Assembly: GCF_018350175.1 (NCBI RefSeq)
Contig: NC_058368.1
Coordinates: 199,270,001-199,334,000 of the forward strand
DNA: 64,000 nt
Reading direction: 5' to 3'
Source: Felis catus
Taxonomy: Eukaryota
The position numbers and the translations under genes were made by a program. Under the pieces are notes generated by a model. That model had not been told where the DNA came from, did not search any database, and saw only the letters and a program-made list of their open reading frames with translations. This document shows, one piece after another, positions 1 through 13,815 of the stretch (position 1 is its first letter; each line of letters starts with the position of its first letter).

Positions 1-630
1 GGAACTGAGTTTCTAGTGCTTACAGCAGCAATCTCAGCATCATACTTTTTCCTTCCTTGTCTAGAAATTCCTCATTTCTAGTTCCTGGGTCAACTCAAAT
101 AAATCATCTACACTCTACTTTAAGAAATGCCAATCTAAGATAAAGCCCAATCACAAGACCCAAAAGATGATCATCTAGACTTTGCTTGAATATTTCTATC
201 CTACACATACATCCTTAAAGCAGATGTTCCAAGGAACACCAAGACAGATGTTTCTAGTAAAGCCTGTAAAAATGCAGCCTTTTGAAAGTAGAAAAAAATG
301 CAAATATTTGCTGAATGAGTGAATAAACTTTAGCAAGCAAAATCCCAGAGTTCATTAGGAAAAAAGGTAAGTCAGCCTACACAGTATACACAAACATTAT
401 TTGTTCCTTAAAAATCCCTAAAGAGATCTTGATATAAAATACTATTCTTAATTTTTGTTTGAGAAGGCCTACCTTTCATTACACCTGACTTCCAGAGTTC
501 CCATGTATGCATATGACACAGCAATATAAGCAGAATTACTATGACTATACAATGACTACATATTATAGTAAACCCTTAGTCTAATGTGACTCACTGATTA
601 TTTCCCTAAGATTTTTAAAACCTGGTACCA

Positions 631-829
631 GGGGCGCCTGGGTGGCTCAGTCAGTTTAGCATCTGACTTTAGCTCAGGTCACAATCTCACGGTTCATGGG
701 TTCAAGCCCCACATCAGGCACTATGCTGATAGCTCAGAGCCTGGAGCCTGCTTCAGATTCTGTGTTTCTCTCTCTCTGCCCCTCCCCTGTTCAGGCTTTC
801 TCTCTCTTGAAAATGAATAAATGTTAAAA

Positions 830-896
<67 letters not shown>

Positions 897-897
897 A
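631..897 (+). mobile_element. Can-SINE with expanded (TAAA)n tail
   Basis: GGGGCGCCTGGGTGGCTCAGTC head with Pol III A/B boxes, a (CT)n linker and a (TAAA)n array at about 827-897; (TAGA)n follows at about 932-955. Confidence 0.95.
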
Positions 898-959
898 TAT
901 TACTTTAAAAAATAAGAAATATAAATAAATAAATAGATAAGATAGATAGATAGATCCCA

Positions 960-1270
960 GTACCAAAGAAAAGGATTTTCAGTCCCTCCCTGGTGATAAA
1001 GATATGGGATATAAGTCTAAAAAAAACTTTCATTAGCTGTATCTGCCACATAGGAAAAAACAATCTCAAATAGTAGCTGTCACTCAGAGAATGACAGAGA
1101 CAAATTAGAAAGAGAGCCTGGTCCCTGTCTAGCTCTGGTCCCTGGGACCATTTAGCTGTATCCTTACCTTTTCCTTTGCTTGATAATATAAACCAATTCC
1201 CTCTTCTTGACTAAGCCAAGCCATTTGAGTTTCTAGGTTTCTGTCACTGGTAACTGAGAAAGGTCTAACA
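960..1270 (+). mobile_element. Old ERVL-type LTR fragment (LTR16/LTR33-like)
   Basis: The end 'aaccaattccctcttcttgactaagcc...gtttctgtcactggtaactgagaaag' resembles the 3' end of this LTR class. Confidence 0.5.
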
Positions 1271-3715
1271 CAAGAGCTAGTATAAACATAGTATAAGATC
1301 TAATACTCTCTATGGAAGGGCTAGAAAGTATGAGATCCATGAATCCCCTAAAAATAAAACTCTGATTTTGTATATAAGAGTACATATTCTAGAGAGAAGA
1401 TACTAAAATTTCCGTCAGAATAAATCTCTGACTACCATATCCTCTAAAGTTTAGATTTATTAGTTGATGGTCTAAGCCAGTAACTTAATGTATATTTCTG
1501 ACCATTTATATGGGCAACAAACATCCACCTTTTATTAAATGCCATGATTTTCAACCACGGGCACATATATTTTGAAATCCTCTCTCTACTTCTAAGATTA
1601 TGGTATGTTGTTAATTCCTCCCTTCCTCCTCCAACAGCTGAGAATCAATGGTTTACGATCTGTATGAAGAACTTTTTTGAGTCATTTTTACATCTTTTAA
1701 GTCTATTCAGATATGCTAAAATGCAAGAAATACTACAATTGACTTTAAAAAATAATTCATCCTAAGATGGTTGGTCCTGGTAAGATGTAGTAAGCACACT
1801 CCACCCTGTCTCTTCCACTAAATGTAACCATAAACTCAGGACAGGAGACACAGAACAGCTTCTTGCTAAAAAGCAAACAGCAGGCAGATCAAGGAAGTGA
1901 AACACCACTCAACCAGAAGTGAATTTATTTCTTTTTCTCCAGTATCCCCTGCCTGAATTTCATGTAGCCAGAAACCCAGGAGTGAGCATTCCTCCAGAAG
2001 AATCACTCTGGCCAAAGATCTACAAAGGAAACTAACAGAAATGTGTAAGTATGGAAACTACCCATGTTTTTCCCCGTTTCTGTTCTCTCATGCACCATGC
2101 ACAAGCTATAGGCAATCCCGTGGTCACATGGAAACCTGAAAGAGCCATCACTTCAGTTACTAAAGCTGTGATTCTAAAACACAAAAACAAAACAAAACAA
2201 AACAAAAAACAGGACCAACACCTATTGCAGTTTTTGTTTTTTTCTAGTTTCTCTGTCTCTCCATCTCTTAGCCCCTGACTACAGAGCAGGGTAAGAAAAG
2301 TCACAAATTTCTGGATGGAAACTGAAAAGGGAAACTCAGGGAACTGGATTTTCAGAACATAATGCAATTAAACTCAAAATTAGTTAATAGGAAAATGAGA
2401 GGAAAATCTCCAAATACTTGGAAATTAAACAAAACTCCTCTAAATAATTTATGCATCAAAGATGAAGTCTCGGGGCACTTGGGTGGCTCACTAAATTCGG
2501 CAACCAACTCTTGATTTCAGCTATGGTCATGATCTCACAGTTGGTGAGATGGAGCCCTATGTTGGGCTCTGTGCTGAGAGCGTTAAGCCTGCTTGGGATT
2601 CTCACTCCCTGTCTCTCTCTGCGCCTCCCCAACTCTCTCTCTAAATAAACATTAAAAGGGGGGGGGCACCTGGGTGGCTCAGTCAGTTAAGCCTCTGACT
2701 TCGGCTTGGGTCATGATCTTGCGGTTCATGGGTTCAAGCCCCACATCAGGCTCTCTGCTGACACCTCAGAGCCTGAAACCTGCTTCAGATTCTGTGTCTC
2801 CCCTCTCTCTCTGCTCCTCCCCTGCTCATGTTCTGTCTCTCTCTCAATGAGAGGAAGTCTCATTGAACATCCACTCATGATAAAAACTTTAGCCAACTAG
2901 TAGTAGAAGGAAACTTCCTCAACCTTAGCTAACACTCTACTTAATGGTGAAAACCTAAATGCTTCAAAGCCTGGTAAATGGGAAGAATGTCTAATGTCAC
3001 CATTCTTTTTTAACATCCTTTGGGAAAATGAAAAGAAACAAAAGGCACAGAGACTGAAACAAAAGAAATAAACCGACCCTAGTCACAGACTGCATGATCA
3101 TCTACTTTTAAAAATCCCAAAGAATTTACAAAATACATATAGGACAAGTAAATCTAGCAAGGTTATAGGATAAAAAGTCATAACACAAAATCGATCTTTT
3201 TTTTCTTTTTTTTTTTTTTTTTTTTAAGTAAGCTCTACGTTCAATATGGGGCTTGAACTCAAGACCTCAAGGGCAAGAGTCACAGGTTCCACCCACTGAG
3301 CCAGCCAGGAGCCCCCAAATCAATCCTATTTCTATATACAATTAGAAACTGAAAATTTTAAGGGTGCCTGGCTGACTCAGTAGGTTGAGCATCTGACTCT
3401 TGATTTTGGCTCAGGTCATGATCTCACAGTTTGTGGGTTCAAGCCCCGCATCAGGCTCTGTGCTGACGACTCAGAGCCTAGAGCCTGCTTCAGATTCGGT
3501 CTCCATCTCTCTCTGCCCCTTCTCTGCTTACGTGCTCTCTCTCTCAAAAATAAACATTAAAATATTTTTTTAATAAAAATAAAAAAAATCTAGATGAAAA
3601 GGCAAAGAAACTAGAATAGTTAAACATTTTTTGAAAAAAAAGAATGAAACTGAAGAATCACAATCACTCAATTTTAATACACATTTACTCTGAAGCTATA
3701 GTAATCAAAACCGTG

Positions 3716-3937
3716 GGGGCGCCTGGGTGGCGCAGTCGGTTAAGCGTCCGACTTCAGCCAGGTCACGATCTCGCGGTCCGGGAGTTCGAGCCCCGCGTCA
3801 GGCTCTGGGCTGATGGCTCGGAGCCTGGAGCCTGTTTCCGATTCTGTGTCTCCCTCTCTCTCTGCCCCTCCCCCGTTCATGCTCTGTCTCTCTCTGTCCC
3901 AAAAATAAAAATAAAAACGTTGGGAAAAAAAAAAAAA
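3716..3937 (+). mobile_element. Young felid SINE (SINEC_Fc-type)
   Basis: Near-consensus with CpGs intact (GGCGCAGTCGGTTAAGCGTCCGACTTCAGCCAGGTCACGATCTCGCGG); TSD aaaac(c/t)gtg. Confidence 0.95.
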
Positions 3938-4576
3938 CTGTGTGGTAGTGGCAAAGGGATTTAGATCAATGCAACACAATAAAGAATACAAAAACAGACC
4001 CAGACAGATATAACCAAATGATTGCTGACAAAGGTACAAAATCAATTCAATGGAAAAAGAATGGTCTTTTTTTTTTTTAATGTTTACTTATTTTTGAGAG
4101 AGACAGAGCGCGAGCAGGGAAGGGGCAGGGAGACACAGAATCTGAAGCAGGATCCAGACTCTGAGCTGTCAGCACAGAGCCTGACATGGGGCTCAAAGCC
4201 ACAAACTGTGAGATCATGATCTGAGCCAGAGTCGGATGCTCAACCGAGACACTCAGGCACTCCTGAAAACAAATGGTCTTTAGGGGAGCCTGGCTCACTC
4301 AATCGGTAGAGCACACAACTCTTCATCTTGGGGTTGTAAATTCATCAGTTGTAGAGATTACTTAAAAATAACGCCTTAAAAAAACAGAAACAAAAAGATA
4401 ATCTTCACAGTAAACACAAAATGGTGTTGAACAAGTGTATACTCACATGCAAAAAAAGTTAACCTCAAATTAAACTCACACTTCATACAAAATTCACTCA
4501 AAATGGATCATAGATCTGAATGTAAAATATTAAACTTCAAAACTTTGAGAATACAAAAAAATCTTCAACCTGCGGT

Positions 4577-5144
4577 TGCTCCCAAACATACAGCTGCAAA
4601 CTCAGGAAACTCAGGAAATGGGTAAGCCCTGGAGCTTCAACAGCCTTCTGTTCCTTCCAGGGAATCCTGAGGGGCCTGGACAAATCAGAGGTATTGCTAA
4701 TTGGTTATGTTGACACTATTGGCAAACAAATTGGGATAAACTCGACAAGAGAAGCCAATAACTCTACAGACAAGGGTTTGGAAAAGAGAAAGGGAGACAT
4801 TTATTTCAGCAGCCATAGGAGATGGCAGGCTTGAGCCTTAACAATTTACCTCTACCAGCAAGATGGACACCTAGAGTTTTGAAGAGAGAGTTCAGAGGAG
4901 TAAGTTCAAGAGAGGCAAAGAGTGTGAGACTATGAGTAGGGGTCAGTATGTGTTTAGCCTATGATCATGGGCTAGAAGGGGATGGGTGAGGTGTGGTCTT
5001 CTAGGCATTCCACCGCTATCTGGGCTCTTCTGGTCTGGTGGTTGGAAAGTTTAGGTCATTGCAAAATTCTTTGTCAAGGCCTCAAGAAAGTACAATAAGA
5101 AGTAACTGTTGGGGTCTATAGTTGAGCAAGAGGGCTCGCTGACA
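4577..5144 (-). mobile_element. Solo ERV LTR (568 bp) inserted into the L1
   Basis: TG...CA termini, 4-bp flanks cggt/gggt, minus-strand AATAAA at about 4799-4804. L1 sequence resumes on both sides (aatcttcaacctgcggt|...|gggttcagcagagttc). Confidence 0.7.
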
Positions 5145-5656
5145 GGGTTCAGCAGAGTTCTTTGGACAACAAAAGTACTATCCATTAAAAAAAAAGACTG
5201 GTAATTTGGACTTTAAATAAATTAAAACTTTTACTCTGTAAAAGATACAGTTAAAAGAAGAAAAGCTACAGATTGGGAGAAAATATTTACAAACCACATA
5301 TATGACAAAAGACTTATATCCAGAATAGTTTAAGAACTCTCAGAGCTCAACAATAAAAAAACAAACAGCCCAATTAAAAAATAGGCAAAATATATAAACA
5401 AACACTTCCCCAAAGTTCAACATCATTAGCCATTAGGGAAACAGATATAAACCACAATGAGTTAGCCATCATGGAAATACAAATAAAAACCACCGGATAC
5501 CACTTCACACTCACTAGGATGGTTATAATAAAGAAGACAATAACAAGTGTCAGCAAGGTTGTGAAGACACTGAACCCTCGTTTACTCTTGATGGGAATGT
5601 AAAATGGTGCAGCCACTTTGGAAAAAGAGTCTGGCAGTTAATCAAAAGACTAAACA

Positions 5657-5873
5657 GGGGCGCCTGGGTGGCGCAGTCGGTTAAGCGTCCGACTTCAGCC
5701 AGGTCACGATCTCGCGGTCCGTGAGTTCGAGCCCCGCGTCAGGCTCTGGGCTGATGGCTCAGAGCCTGGAGCCTGTTTCCGATTCTGTGTCTCCCTCTCT
5801 CTCTGCCCCTCCCCCGTTCATGCTCTGTCTCTCTCTGTCCCAAAAATAAATTAAAACGCTGAAAAAAAAATTT
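5657..5873 (+). mobile_element. Young felid SINE (SINEC_Fc-type)
   Basis: Near-consensus and CpG-rich, with a perfect TSD AAAAGACTAAACAG on both sides. Confidence 0.96.
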
Positions 5874-7125
5874 AAAAGACTAAACAGAGAGTTACAACAT
5901 TATCCAGCAATTCAACTCTTCTGTATATCCCCAAAAGAATAAAAACATATGTATAACAAAAACTTATACACAAATGTTTCATAGGTCATACTCATGAATA
6001 ATCAAAAGTGGAAACCACCCCAATGCCCATCAACTAATGGATAAATAAAATGTGGTATGTCCATACAGTGGAATATTATTTATCAATAAACAGGAATAAA
6101 GTATTGATAGATGCCACAACTTGGATAAACCTTGAAAACATCATGCTAAGTAAAAGAAGCTAGTCACAAAAGATCATATGTGATTCCATTTGTATGAAAT
6201 GTCCAGAGCTGGCAAATCTACAGACACGGAAAGTAGATTCTTGGTTGCCTACGACTGGGGGAAAGGGAGAAACAGAAGTAAAAGCTAGTGGGCACAGAGT
6301 TTCTTTTGGGGGTCATAAAAATGTTCTACAATTGGCTATGAATGGTTGTACAACACTGTGAATATACTAACAACCATCAAATTTTACTTTATGTGAGTGA
6401 ATTTTATGGAATATAAGTTATATCTCAATGAAATTGTTATTTAAAAAACCACCAACTTGGGTAGCTTAGTTGGTTAAGTGTCCAACTTCAGCTCAGGTCA
6501 TGATCTCACACTTCGTGAGTTCAAGCTCCGGAGCAGACAGCACAGAGCCTGCTTAGGATCCTCTGTCACCCCCTCTCTCTGCCCCTCCCCTGCTCACTTT
6601 CTTTCTCAAAAATAAACATAAAAAAAAAAAAGAGCCACAATGAAATATCATTATACATCTATTAAAATGGCTAAATTAAAAAATACTGACAATATCACTG
6701 TTAATGAGACACAGAGTGACAAAACTTTCATACATATCTAGTGAAAAAGGAAAATGATACAACCACTGTGGAAAATGGTTTATTAGTATCTTATAAAATT
6801 AAACAAATACTACCAATGACCCAGGAATCTCCCTCCCAGGTGGCTACTCTAGAAAAATGAAATCATGTTCATACAACTCCTGTACACAAGTATTGACTAT
6901 AGCGGCTCTACTTATAAGTATTAAAAACCAAAAATAAGGACATTTGGTCCTTCAAGGGGTAAATGGATAAACTGTGTGGTACATCCACAAAATATGTACC
7001 ACTTAGCCATAAAAAAGAATGAACTATAGATAAACACAACAACTTAGGTAATCTCAAAGGCATTATGTTGAGTGAAAGACACCAATCTTTACAAGATTGT
7101 ATACTGCCTGGTTCCACTTATATTA

Positions 7126-7211
7126 TACTCTCAAAACTACAAAACTATGGAGATGAAGAAAAGATAACTACTCTCAAAACTACAAAACTATGGAGATGAA
7201 GAAAATATAAC
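7126..7211 (+). repeat. 43-bp tandem duplication (2 copies, 1 mismatch) inside L1 3' UTR
   Basis: TACTCTCAAAACTACAAAACTATGGAGATGAAGAAAA(G/T)ATAAC at 7126-7168 and 7169-7211. Confidence 0.95.
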
Positions 7212-7489
7212 TTACTGCCAGGGTCTAGAGTCAGGAGGGTAACATGAGGGAGTCTTTCAGGGTGATGAATTCTTTCAATATTCTGTACCGTGACTACTGT
7301 GGTGATTACACAAATCTATACATGTATTAAATTCTAAAAACTGTTCACCAAAAGGAAAAAGTGAATTTTTCTTTATAATTTTAAAAATAAAAATTTTTAA
7401 ATTCCGACTTAAAGTCAACTTTTCTCTTTAATTCAATTTCAACTCACTAAGTTATCACCTCTGGTAATTTCATTTAGTTAACAGTATAC

Positions 7490-7908
7490 AGCTCAAAGGA
7501 AGATATTGGCAAAATGGAATATATCCTAAGGAGTACCAAGAGGTAGTAAATAATTAAGAAATCTGGTAATAAATTAATAAAGGGTAAAAAAACAAAACAA
7601 CACACAATATATGCTAAGTCTAGAGCATACACTTAAAGGGGAGAATGAGTAATGACAAATATCTTAAATTATCTGAAAGGCTGACATATGCATGGGGGTT
7701 AGAATTTTTTCTACACAGTATTAAAGGGAATATCACTTACCAGCGAATCTAAAAGTAGAACGTTTTCTCGGGTTACCAGAAATTTACCATTTATTCCTCA
7801 AGTGTTAGATAATCAAGAAACAGGAAATTCTAGAGATTCCTGCATACACAAGAGGTCAGGCAGGAATATCCTAGAGTTTTCTCCCAACTCAAACACTGTA
7901 TGAATCTA
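7490..7908 (+). mobile_element. Ancient CR1/L3 LINE 3' end
   Basis: 'caaaatggaatatatcctaaggag', 'cttaaaggggagaatga...atcttaaattatctgaaaggctgacat' and the terminal 'ctcccaactcaaacactgtatgaatct' resemble recalled CR1/L3 3' motifs. Confidence 0.6.
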
Positions 7909-9039
7909 ATGACTATTACTTCTAGCGTTAACCTAGCAAAGTAAAAGGTATTGAACATCTAAAAAGGTAACCCTTCCTGCCAAAATATCACCTTTCATTG
8001 CATAAAGGTAAATATTACAAGGTAAAAATTTGAGTTCCAAATTTTTAAAAAGACTAAATAAATACAAAACCTTAACAAAAGCCATATTGAGATCTATTTT
8101 ATTTTCCCAAATCTCATTTATACTAAGGATATTAAAATTAAACTCAAATTATTAATGCCTAATTAAATCTAATTTCATTAGACTTAAAAGACAAAAGTTA
8201 TAAATATAAATTTCATGCAAATTTCTGTAAGTATATTGAAGAAATCTCCTGAAAAAGAAGTGCTCTTTCCACACAAAAAGTGGTAGTCCTCAAAAGAGCC
8301 AAAACATCTGTATTCACTTTAAAGCTCATCAAGACAGACTGACATTTTTAGGAGAAGCATATGGCTTGCTGAACAGTCATCTAGAACAGGATCTTTTGTC
8401 TAGTAAACCCTATTCAAGGACCATTTACTTATGTATAGAGTGGCTGAATAAAGGAAAGAACATATTTTCGAGTCCTAGAAAACACAAAGAAATAAACTCT
8501 TCATCTAGCTTTGTTAAGGATACAGCAAAACATATTACAAAGCAGCCAGATTTTTACTCTGAGACTGTGCCCTCAACATCTGAAACAATTCTAAGAAATC
8601 ACAGAAACAAAAGAACTCTAGAAAAGCATGCAACTTTCTTAGAGAACTATATCCAGCCAAAGACCACCTCCCTAAAAAAGGCATTTCCATTTTAAAGGAT
8701 AAAACACTTTCTTCTTAAAACTTTGAAGGGCAGAGTTCAACAGCTGCGCTATATTAAACCTGAGCTCTTCCAAAAGGAAGAACAAGAGTCTCTAGAGAGC
8801 GAGTAACATGGCCTGCTTTCTCCAAAATTACCAAAATGCCTGCTCTCCCTCAAAGGATATTTCTCCAAGAAAAAGCTTCCATCCAGTGCATGGGTGAAAA
8901 GCATAAAGCTTAATTTAGATTAGGGAAATGTGCAAAGATGGAAGAATTTTTGTTTGTTTCTGGAAATCTCCACCCGACCCCCAAGGAAAAATGCATTTTG
9001 AAGTCTTTCATGATATAGCATGGAAACTATTTTAAAACA

Positions 9040-9198
9040 CACAAACGGTAATTTTCAGACCTAGCTTCCCATCAGAATCACCAGAGTTAAGCCTCAAGTT
9101 AAACTTATTGAACTAATACATATTGGGGCCAAGGCATCTGAATTTTTTATGCACACAACAGGTGATTCTGATGTACAGCAAGGGTTTAAAAAACCACT
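9040..9198. mobile_element. MER5A-like hAT-Charlie MITE
   Basis: Internal inverted repeat CATCAGAATCACC (9070-9082) / GGTGATTCTGATG (9161-9173), ending in aaccact. Confidence 0.75.
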
Positions 9199-10214
9199 AA
9201 ACTGGAGCATGATCCCATAAAGGAAAAAAATTAAGTCAATGCAAAAAGGTCACATATGAGCAATTAACTAGTTCTAAAGAACCTAAGATTGTATTCACCT
9301 ATCAAAATAAGACAAAAGAAAGAAAATTTGAAACGGGAATTCTGAATTGCTCTCATGCCACTACATGAAAGGCAAAAGAATTAGAATAGTTTGCTAAAAT
9401 ATAAAAATATTTAGATGAAAGTCACTGTCAAGAATCTGGCCACTCCAAAATTCAGGTACAATAAAGTTCCATCAGGGTCTTTGGACATTGCAAACTAAAA
9501 AAGAAAAGTTATAATAGGAGCTCATGTATTATACGTAATTATCTGTGAACCTTAAAAAAGCTTAAGGTTTTAATCGCAACAAAGTAAATTTCAGCCATCA
9601 TCAGAGCTTCATTAAGCCTACTTTATTTTACTCAAATCCTAACAGGTTTACTTGGTTGGTATTCAAACTCATAATAAATGAAAAAGGGTAGTGAAACTGC
9701 TAAAGAGAGGCAGACCAGTCAAGGAAGGACACAAAAACACTATTAAAAAGCAGACAAAGAACTCGGAAAGTATAGCAGACACTTGATAGTTTTTAAAGGC
9801 ATCAGAATACAATAACTTTTTCCTAATGATCACTGGAGTAAGAAAAAAAAGAAAAATATATTCCATTTACCTTGTTTAAAACATGTATTACTTGCATTTT
9901 AAGGGGGTAAGAAAGTATCATAATCAAGTCACATATACAAAGTTTCTCAGCAAAAATAATTACCAAACTTAGGGGGGGAAATCCTTATTACAAAAAAAAG
10001 AAAACAAATTCCTCATTTGGAGACTGTCACTGTACAAAAAGGAACAGTGAAAGTAAAGAGCATCAGATAGTTTCTCAAATAAAGACATCCTGCTAAAAGA
10101 AAAACAGAGAAGACACTGAGGTTTTACTCTTAGCAGACATATACTTCTCATTACTAAAGTCAACATGTTCCTTGGCTGCTAAACCAGACTATTTCCTAGC
10201 AATGTAAATTTTAA

Positions 10215-10350
10215 AATGTTTCCTCATCTGAAAAATGAGAAAAATAACACCTAAGTTCATAGGGTCACTGTGAGAAATATGTAAGATAATGCAGGTAAAG
10301 TCACTGGCTAATACACAGTGGCTAATACACAATGAGAAATAAAGGCCACC
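10215..10350 (+). mobile_element. MIR fragment
   Basis: MIR core 'tttcctcatctgaaaaatgag...gtgagaaatatgtaagataatgcaggtaaag'. Confidence 0.75.
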
Positions 10351-11139
10351 TATTATTAATTTGTGCTCAGAACAAATACTATAAAAATGATTCTCAACTT
10401 TAGACAACCAAGGGATATATTTTAGAAGCTTTTCCATGTGAAATAGTCTTGTTCTATATTCACCCATGCCCAGAAACTTCTTCAAACATGTCTAACAAAG
10501 GAACCAAGTTGCATCTTCTTTCTCCATTAAGCTCAATGTATCATTAATTTTTAAAAACTTCCTGTAAAATAACTTCCAGAAGGCAAGTCTGATAATCACA
10601 TTTAGTTACTATTATGCCAAGAAAGTTATCATGTTCCATGAACACCCTTTCCCAAATAAATTCATTTCTACCTCTTTATAAAATTTGAATACAAAAGAGT
10701 CAGGACACTTGTCAAAGAAATTTCTGAGTACAAAAAAAATCTATTCATAAGTCAACTTCAATCCAGATGTTAAGAGTTTCAGGTCAATATTTTAATCTCA
10801 GACCACTCCAAGTAATTAGAAAAGAATATATGTAGTAGATATTTTATATTCACACTTATGGAGGTTAGTATTTGGCTTTCACTGATGAGGCTATTAACAG
10901 AAATACCACCCATGGCTTCCTGCTTTTCCTCACAATCACACATCTCTAAATATGTATTTACTCACATACGTGATCAACGTTTACTATTATTTGTGAACCA
11001 TTACATTAGGTGCCATCAAGTATACAAAAATAAATAAAAATTTTTTCCAGCCCTCCAAAAGCCTGTGACCTCACTGATACATTAGTCCATGTGCTAAAAC
11101 CTGCTCATTTGCATGCATGCGTGTGTGTGTAAAAAAGGT

Positions 11140-11256
11140 CAATATAGGTTATGTTGAGGCAACCAAAAATTCAAACATTTTTGTAACTCACAACAAAGAT
11201 TTCTTTTTATTTTTTTAACGTTTATTTATTTTTGACAGAGAGAGAGAGAGAGATTG

Positions 11257-11312
<56 letters not shown>

Positions 11313-11795
11313 CATGAGCAGGGAAGGGGCAGAGACAGAGGGAGACACAGAATCGGAAGCAGCCTCCAGGCTCCGAGCTATCAGCACAGAGCCCAACGCA
11401 GGGCTTGCACCCATGAACTGTGAGATCATGACCTGAGCTGAAGTTGGATGCTTAACCGACTGAGCCACCCAGGCGTCCCAAAGATTTATTTTTTAGTCAC
11501 TTTATATTTTATATAACCTGTAAGAATCAACTTCTAGCTTTGCTCCATGTGATCTTCATTCCAGGATCTAGACTAAAAGAAAAAAATCCCACCTAAAATG
11601 TCTACCCTATAGGCGAAGGGAAAAGGGACATGGCAAAACACGGGACAGCTCTTAAAGCTTCTGCTAGACATGGCATATTGTTGCCAGTAACATTTCATTG
11701 GCCAAAACAAATCACTTGACTAATGGAGCAGCAATGTATAATCTTGTCACAGAAAACGGAAGCAAATATTTTCAACAATACTACCATCTACCACA
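11140..11795 (-). mobile_element. Old MaLR (MLT1-like) LTR, split by a minus-strand Can-SINE (about 11205-11478) carrying a long (AG)n
   Basis: 'gctcttaaagcttctgc...catttcattggccaaaacaaatcac...ctaccaca' motifs; the SINE is flanked by AAAGATTT on both sides. Confidence 0.6.
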
Positions 11796-13473
11796 ATATC
11801 TATCACCAAGATTAATGAAAAGAAAAATACTCAGGCTATTCAAACCAATAATAAAGTAGTGTTTATTTAGGTAAAGTTTACTATGTGCCAGACACTATTC
11901 TAATATTCATTAGTATTAAAATATTTAATTCTCCTAAGAACTCAACAAAGATCTCTACTACTGCTGAAACCTCATGAACCATTATGGGTATTTCTTAATG
12001 AGAAAAATAAGCAAAAGAATTAAACCTATTAAAGGGTATTTTAGAAATATTTCAAGCTCACTAAACTTGGCTTTGATATGTTTCAAAGACAGCAAAAGTA
12101 GCTGCTTTTCAGAGAGGAATTGATCCATCTTATCTGAAGTAGAAGCCAATAACTGGCTTTAAATGTCCTAAATGCTTCTCAAATGTGGGCTCAGTTTCCC
12201 AGTAAGGTGTAATATACACAGAACCCTTGTCAACCTTAGGACTGTCAACTTCAGCACATCTTACTCACTGAAGGTTCCTGGCTTATCTAATGCTGAAAAA
12301 GGAAATAGTGTGACACAATAGAGCCAGAGATTGAAACACAAAATAAGGCTCACAAAAAAGATCCAGACATGGGGCACCTGGGTGTCTCAGGTGGTTAAGC
12401 ATCCGACTCTTGACTTCGGCTCAGGCTCAGGGCATGATCTAATGGTTCATGAGTTTGAGCCCTGCGATGGGCTCTGTGCTGACAGCGTGGAGCTTGCTTA
12501 GGATTTTCTCTCTCTCCTTCTCTCTCTCTCTGCCCCTCCCCAGCTCGTGCTCTCACTCTCAAAATAAATAAATAAACTTAAAAAAAAAAAAAAGTCTATA
12601 CACTTAGTCCTCACCACAGTCATTAATTAAAACCCTATGCAGACCCTAAGGAACTGTGTTTGAGGTAAACACAAGATTCAGTTCAAATTGAAAAGTGATG
12701 AAACAGGGCTAGGCAATACACAAATAGGTTAAAAAAACAAAATAGAACAAAAAACACTGTATCAAACATGGAGTCCGAAGTATTGCTATTTTGAAAGAGC
12801 ACCATTTTATCTAGCCTTTAGATTAAAATCCTAAATAGTTAAACTCACCCTGGACAATTCTGTCAGAAAGTCAGGGAAAGTAAGAATAAATGTGGGCCAT
12901 TTATCCGGTTTTTCCCCCTTCTCATTCAGTCCAGAGAAATGAGAAGCACATGGAAACTGAGACTCACTCTGGAACACGAGCTCAGGAACTAGATCAACGG
13001 AATCATCTACACTGTTTAAACCATTTTTCTCCTTGTGTGTATGTTGTTGGGTTTTTTTGGTTTACTCTGGTTTTGTACTAATACACTGTAATTTCGTACA
13101 AGTTAATGTAACAGCTTCTTTCCTTCTACTCACACTTTCTTCAGTATTTGTTCACTACTCCCTCCTTACCAACTGCCTTACTGATTCTACCCTTCATTTT
13201 ATTCAAGTGATCTGAAAGGTTACATTATTTGCAAATGTTTTCTAAGCATTACAATAAAATGAATTATAGATTTAGATTATCCTATTAATTGGTACTCTTT
13301 CCACACACAACCTTTTCAGATCCTCATTACCTTCAAAACATAATGGAAAGACAATGCTTAAAGGATGAAAAGCCAATAATAGGTAAGAGAGAAGGGCCAT
13401 AAATTTCCCTCAAGGGGAGATGAACATCACTAGTTCTCTGGACAAAAAAATGTGTTACAGAAAGCAAATAAAT

Positions 13474-13815
13474 GGGGGCACCTGGCTAGCTCAGTCAGTA
13501 GAGCATGTGACTCCTGGTCTCAGGATTGTGAGTTCCAGCCCCACACTGGGTGTAGAGATTACTTAAAAAATAAAATTTTTAAAAGGCAAATGAGGGGCGC
13601 CTGGGTGGCGCAGTCGGTTAAGCGTCTGACTTCAGCCAGGTCACGATCTCGCGGTCCGTGAGTTCGAGCCCCGCGTCGGGCTCTGGGCTGATGGCTCGGA
13701 GCCTGGAGCCTGTTTCCGATTCTGTGTCTCCCTCTCTCTCTGCCCCTCCCCCGTTCATGCTCTGTCTCTCTCTGTCCCAAAAATAAATATTGAAAAAAAA
13801 TTTAAAAAAAAAAAG
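13474..13815 (+). mobile_element. Short Can-SINE followed by a young SINEC_Fc-type copy (13593-13810)
   Basis: The young copy is near consensus with TSD AAAAGGCAAATGA, about 1.7 kb into NDUFS4 intron 1. Confidence 0.93.

Larger units (their letters stand above)
1765..7390 (+). mobile_element. Fragmented old LINE-1 sequence (L1M-type: 5' piece, ORF2 remnants, two 3' ends), antisense to NDUFS4 and interrupted by about 9 SINEs and an LTR
   Basis: ORF2-like remnants: 'ttggaaattaaac...ctaaataat' (~2420), 'catccactcatgataaaaact...gaaggaaacttcctcaac' (~2870), 'gggaatgtaaaatggtgcagccactttggaaaa' (~5595). L1 3' UTR-like ends at about 6445 and 7390. Confidence 0.88.

Noticed and set aside
8366..8695. 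109-aa plus-strand ORF in intron 1
   Set aside because: Non-ATG start, antisense to the host gene and not similar to any protein I recognise.
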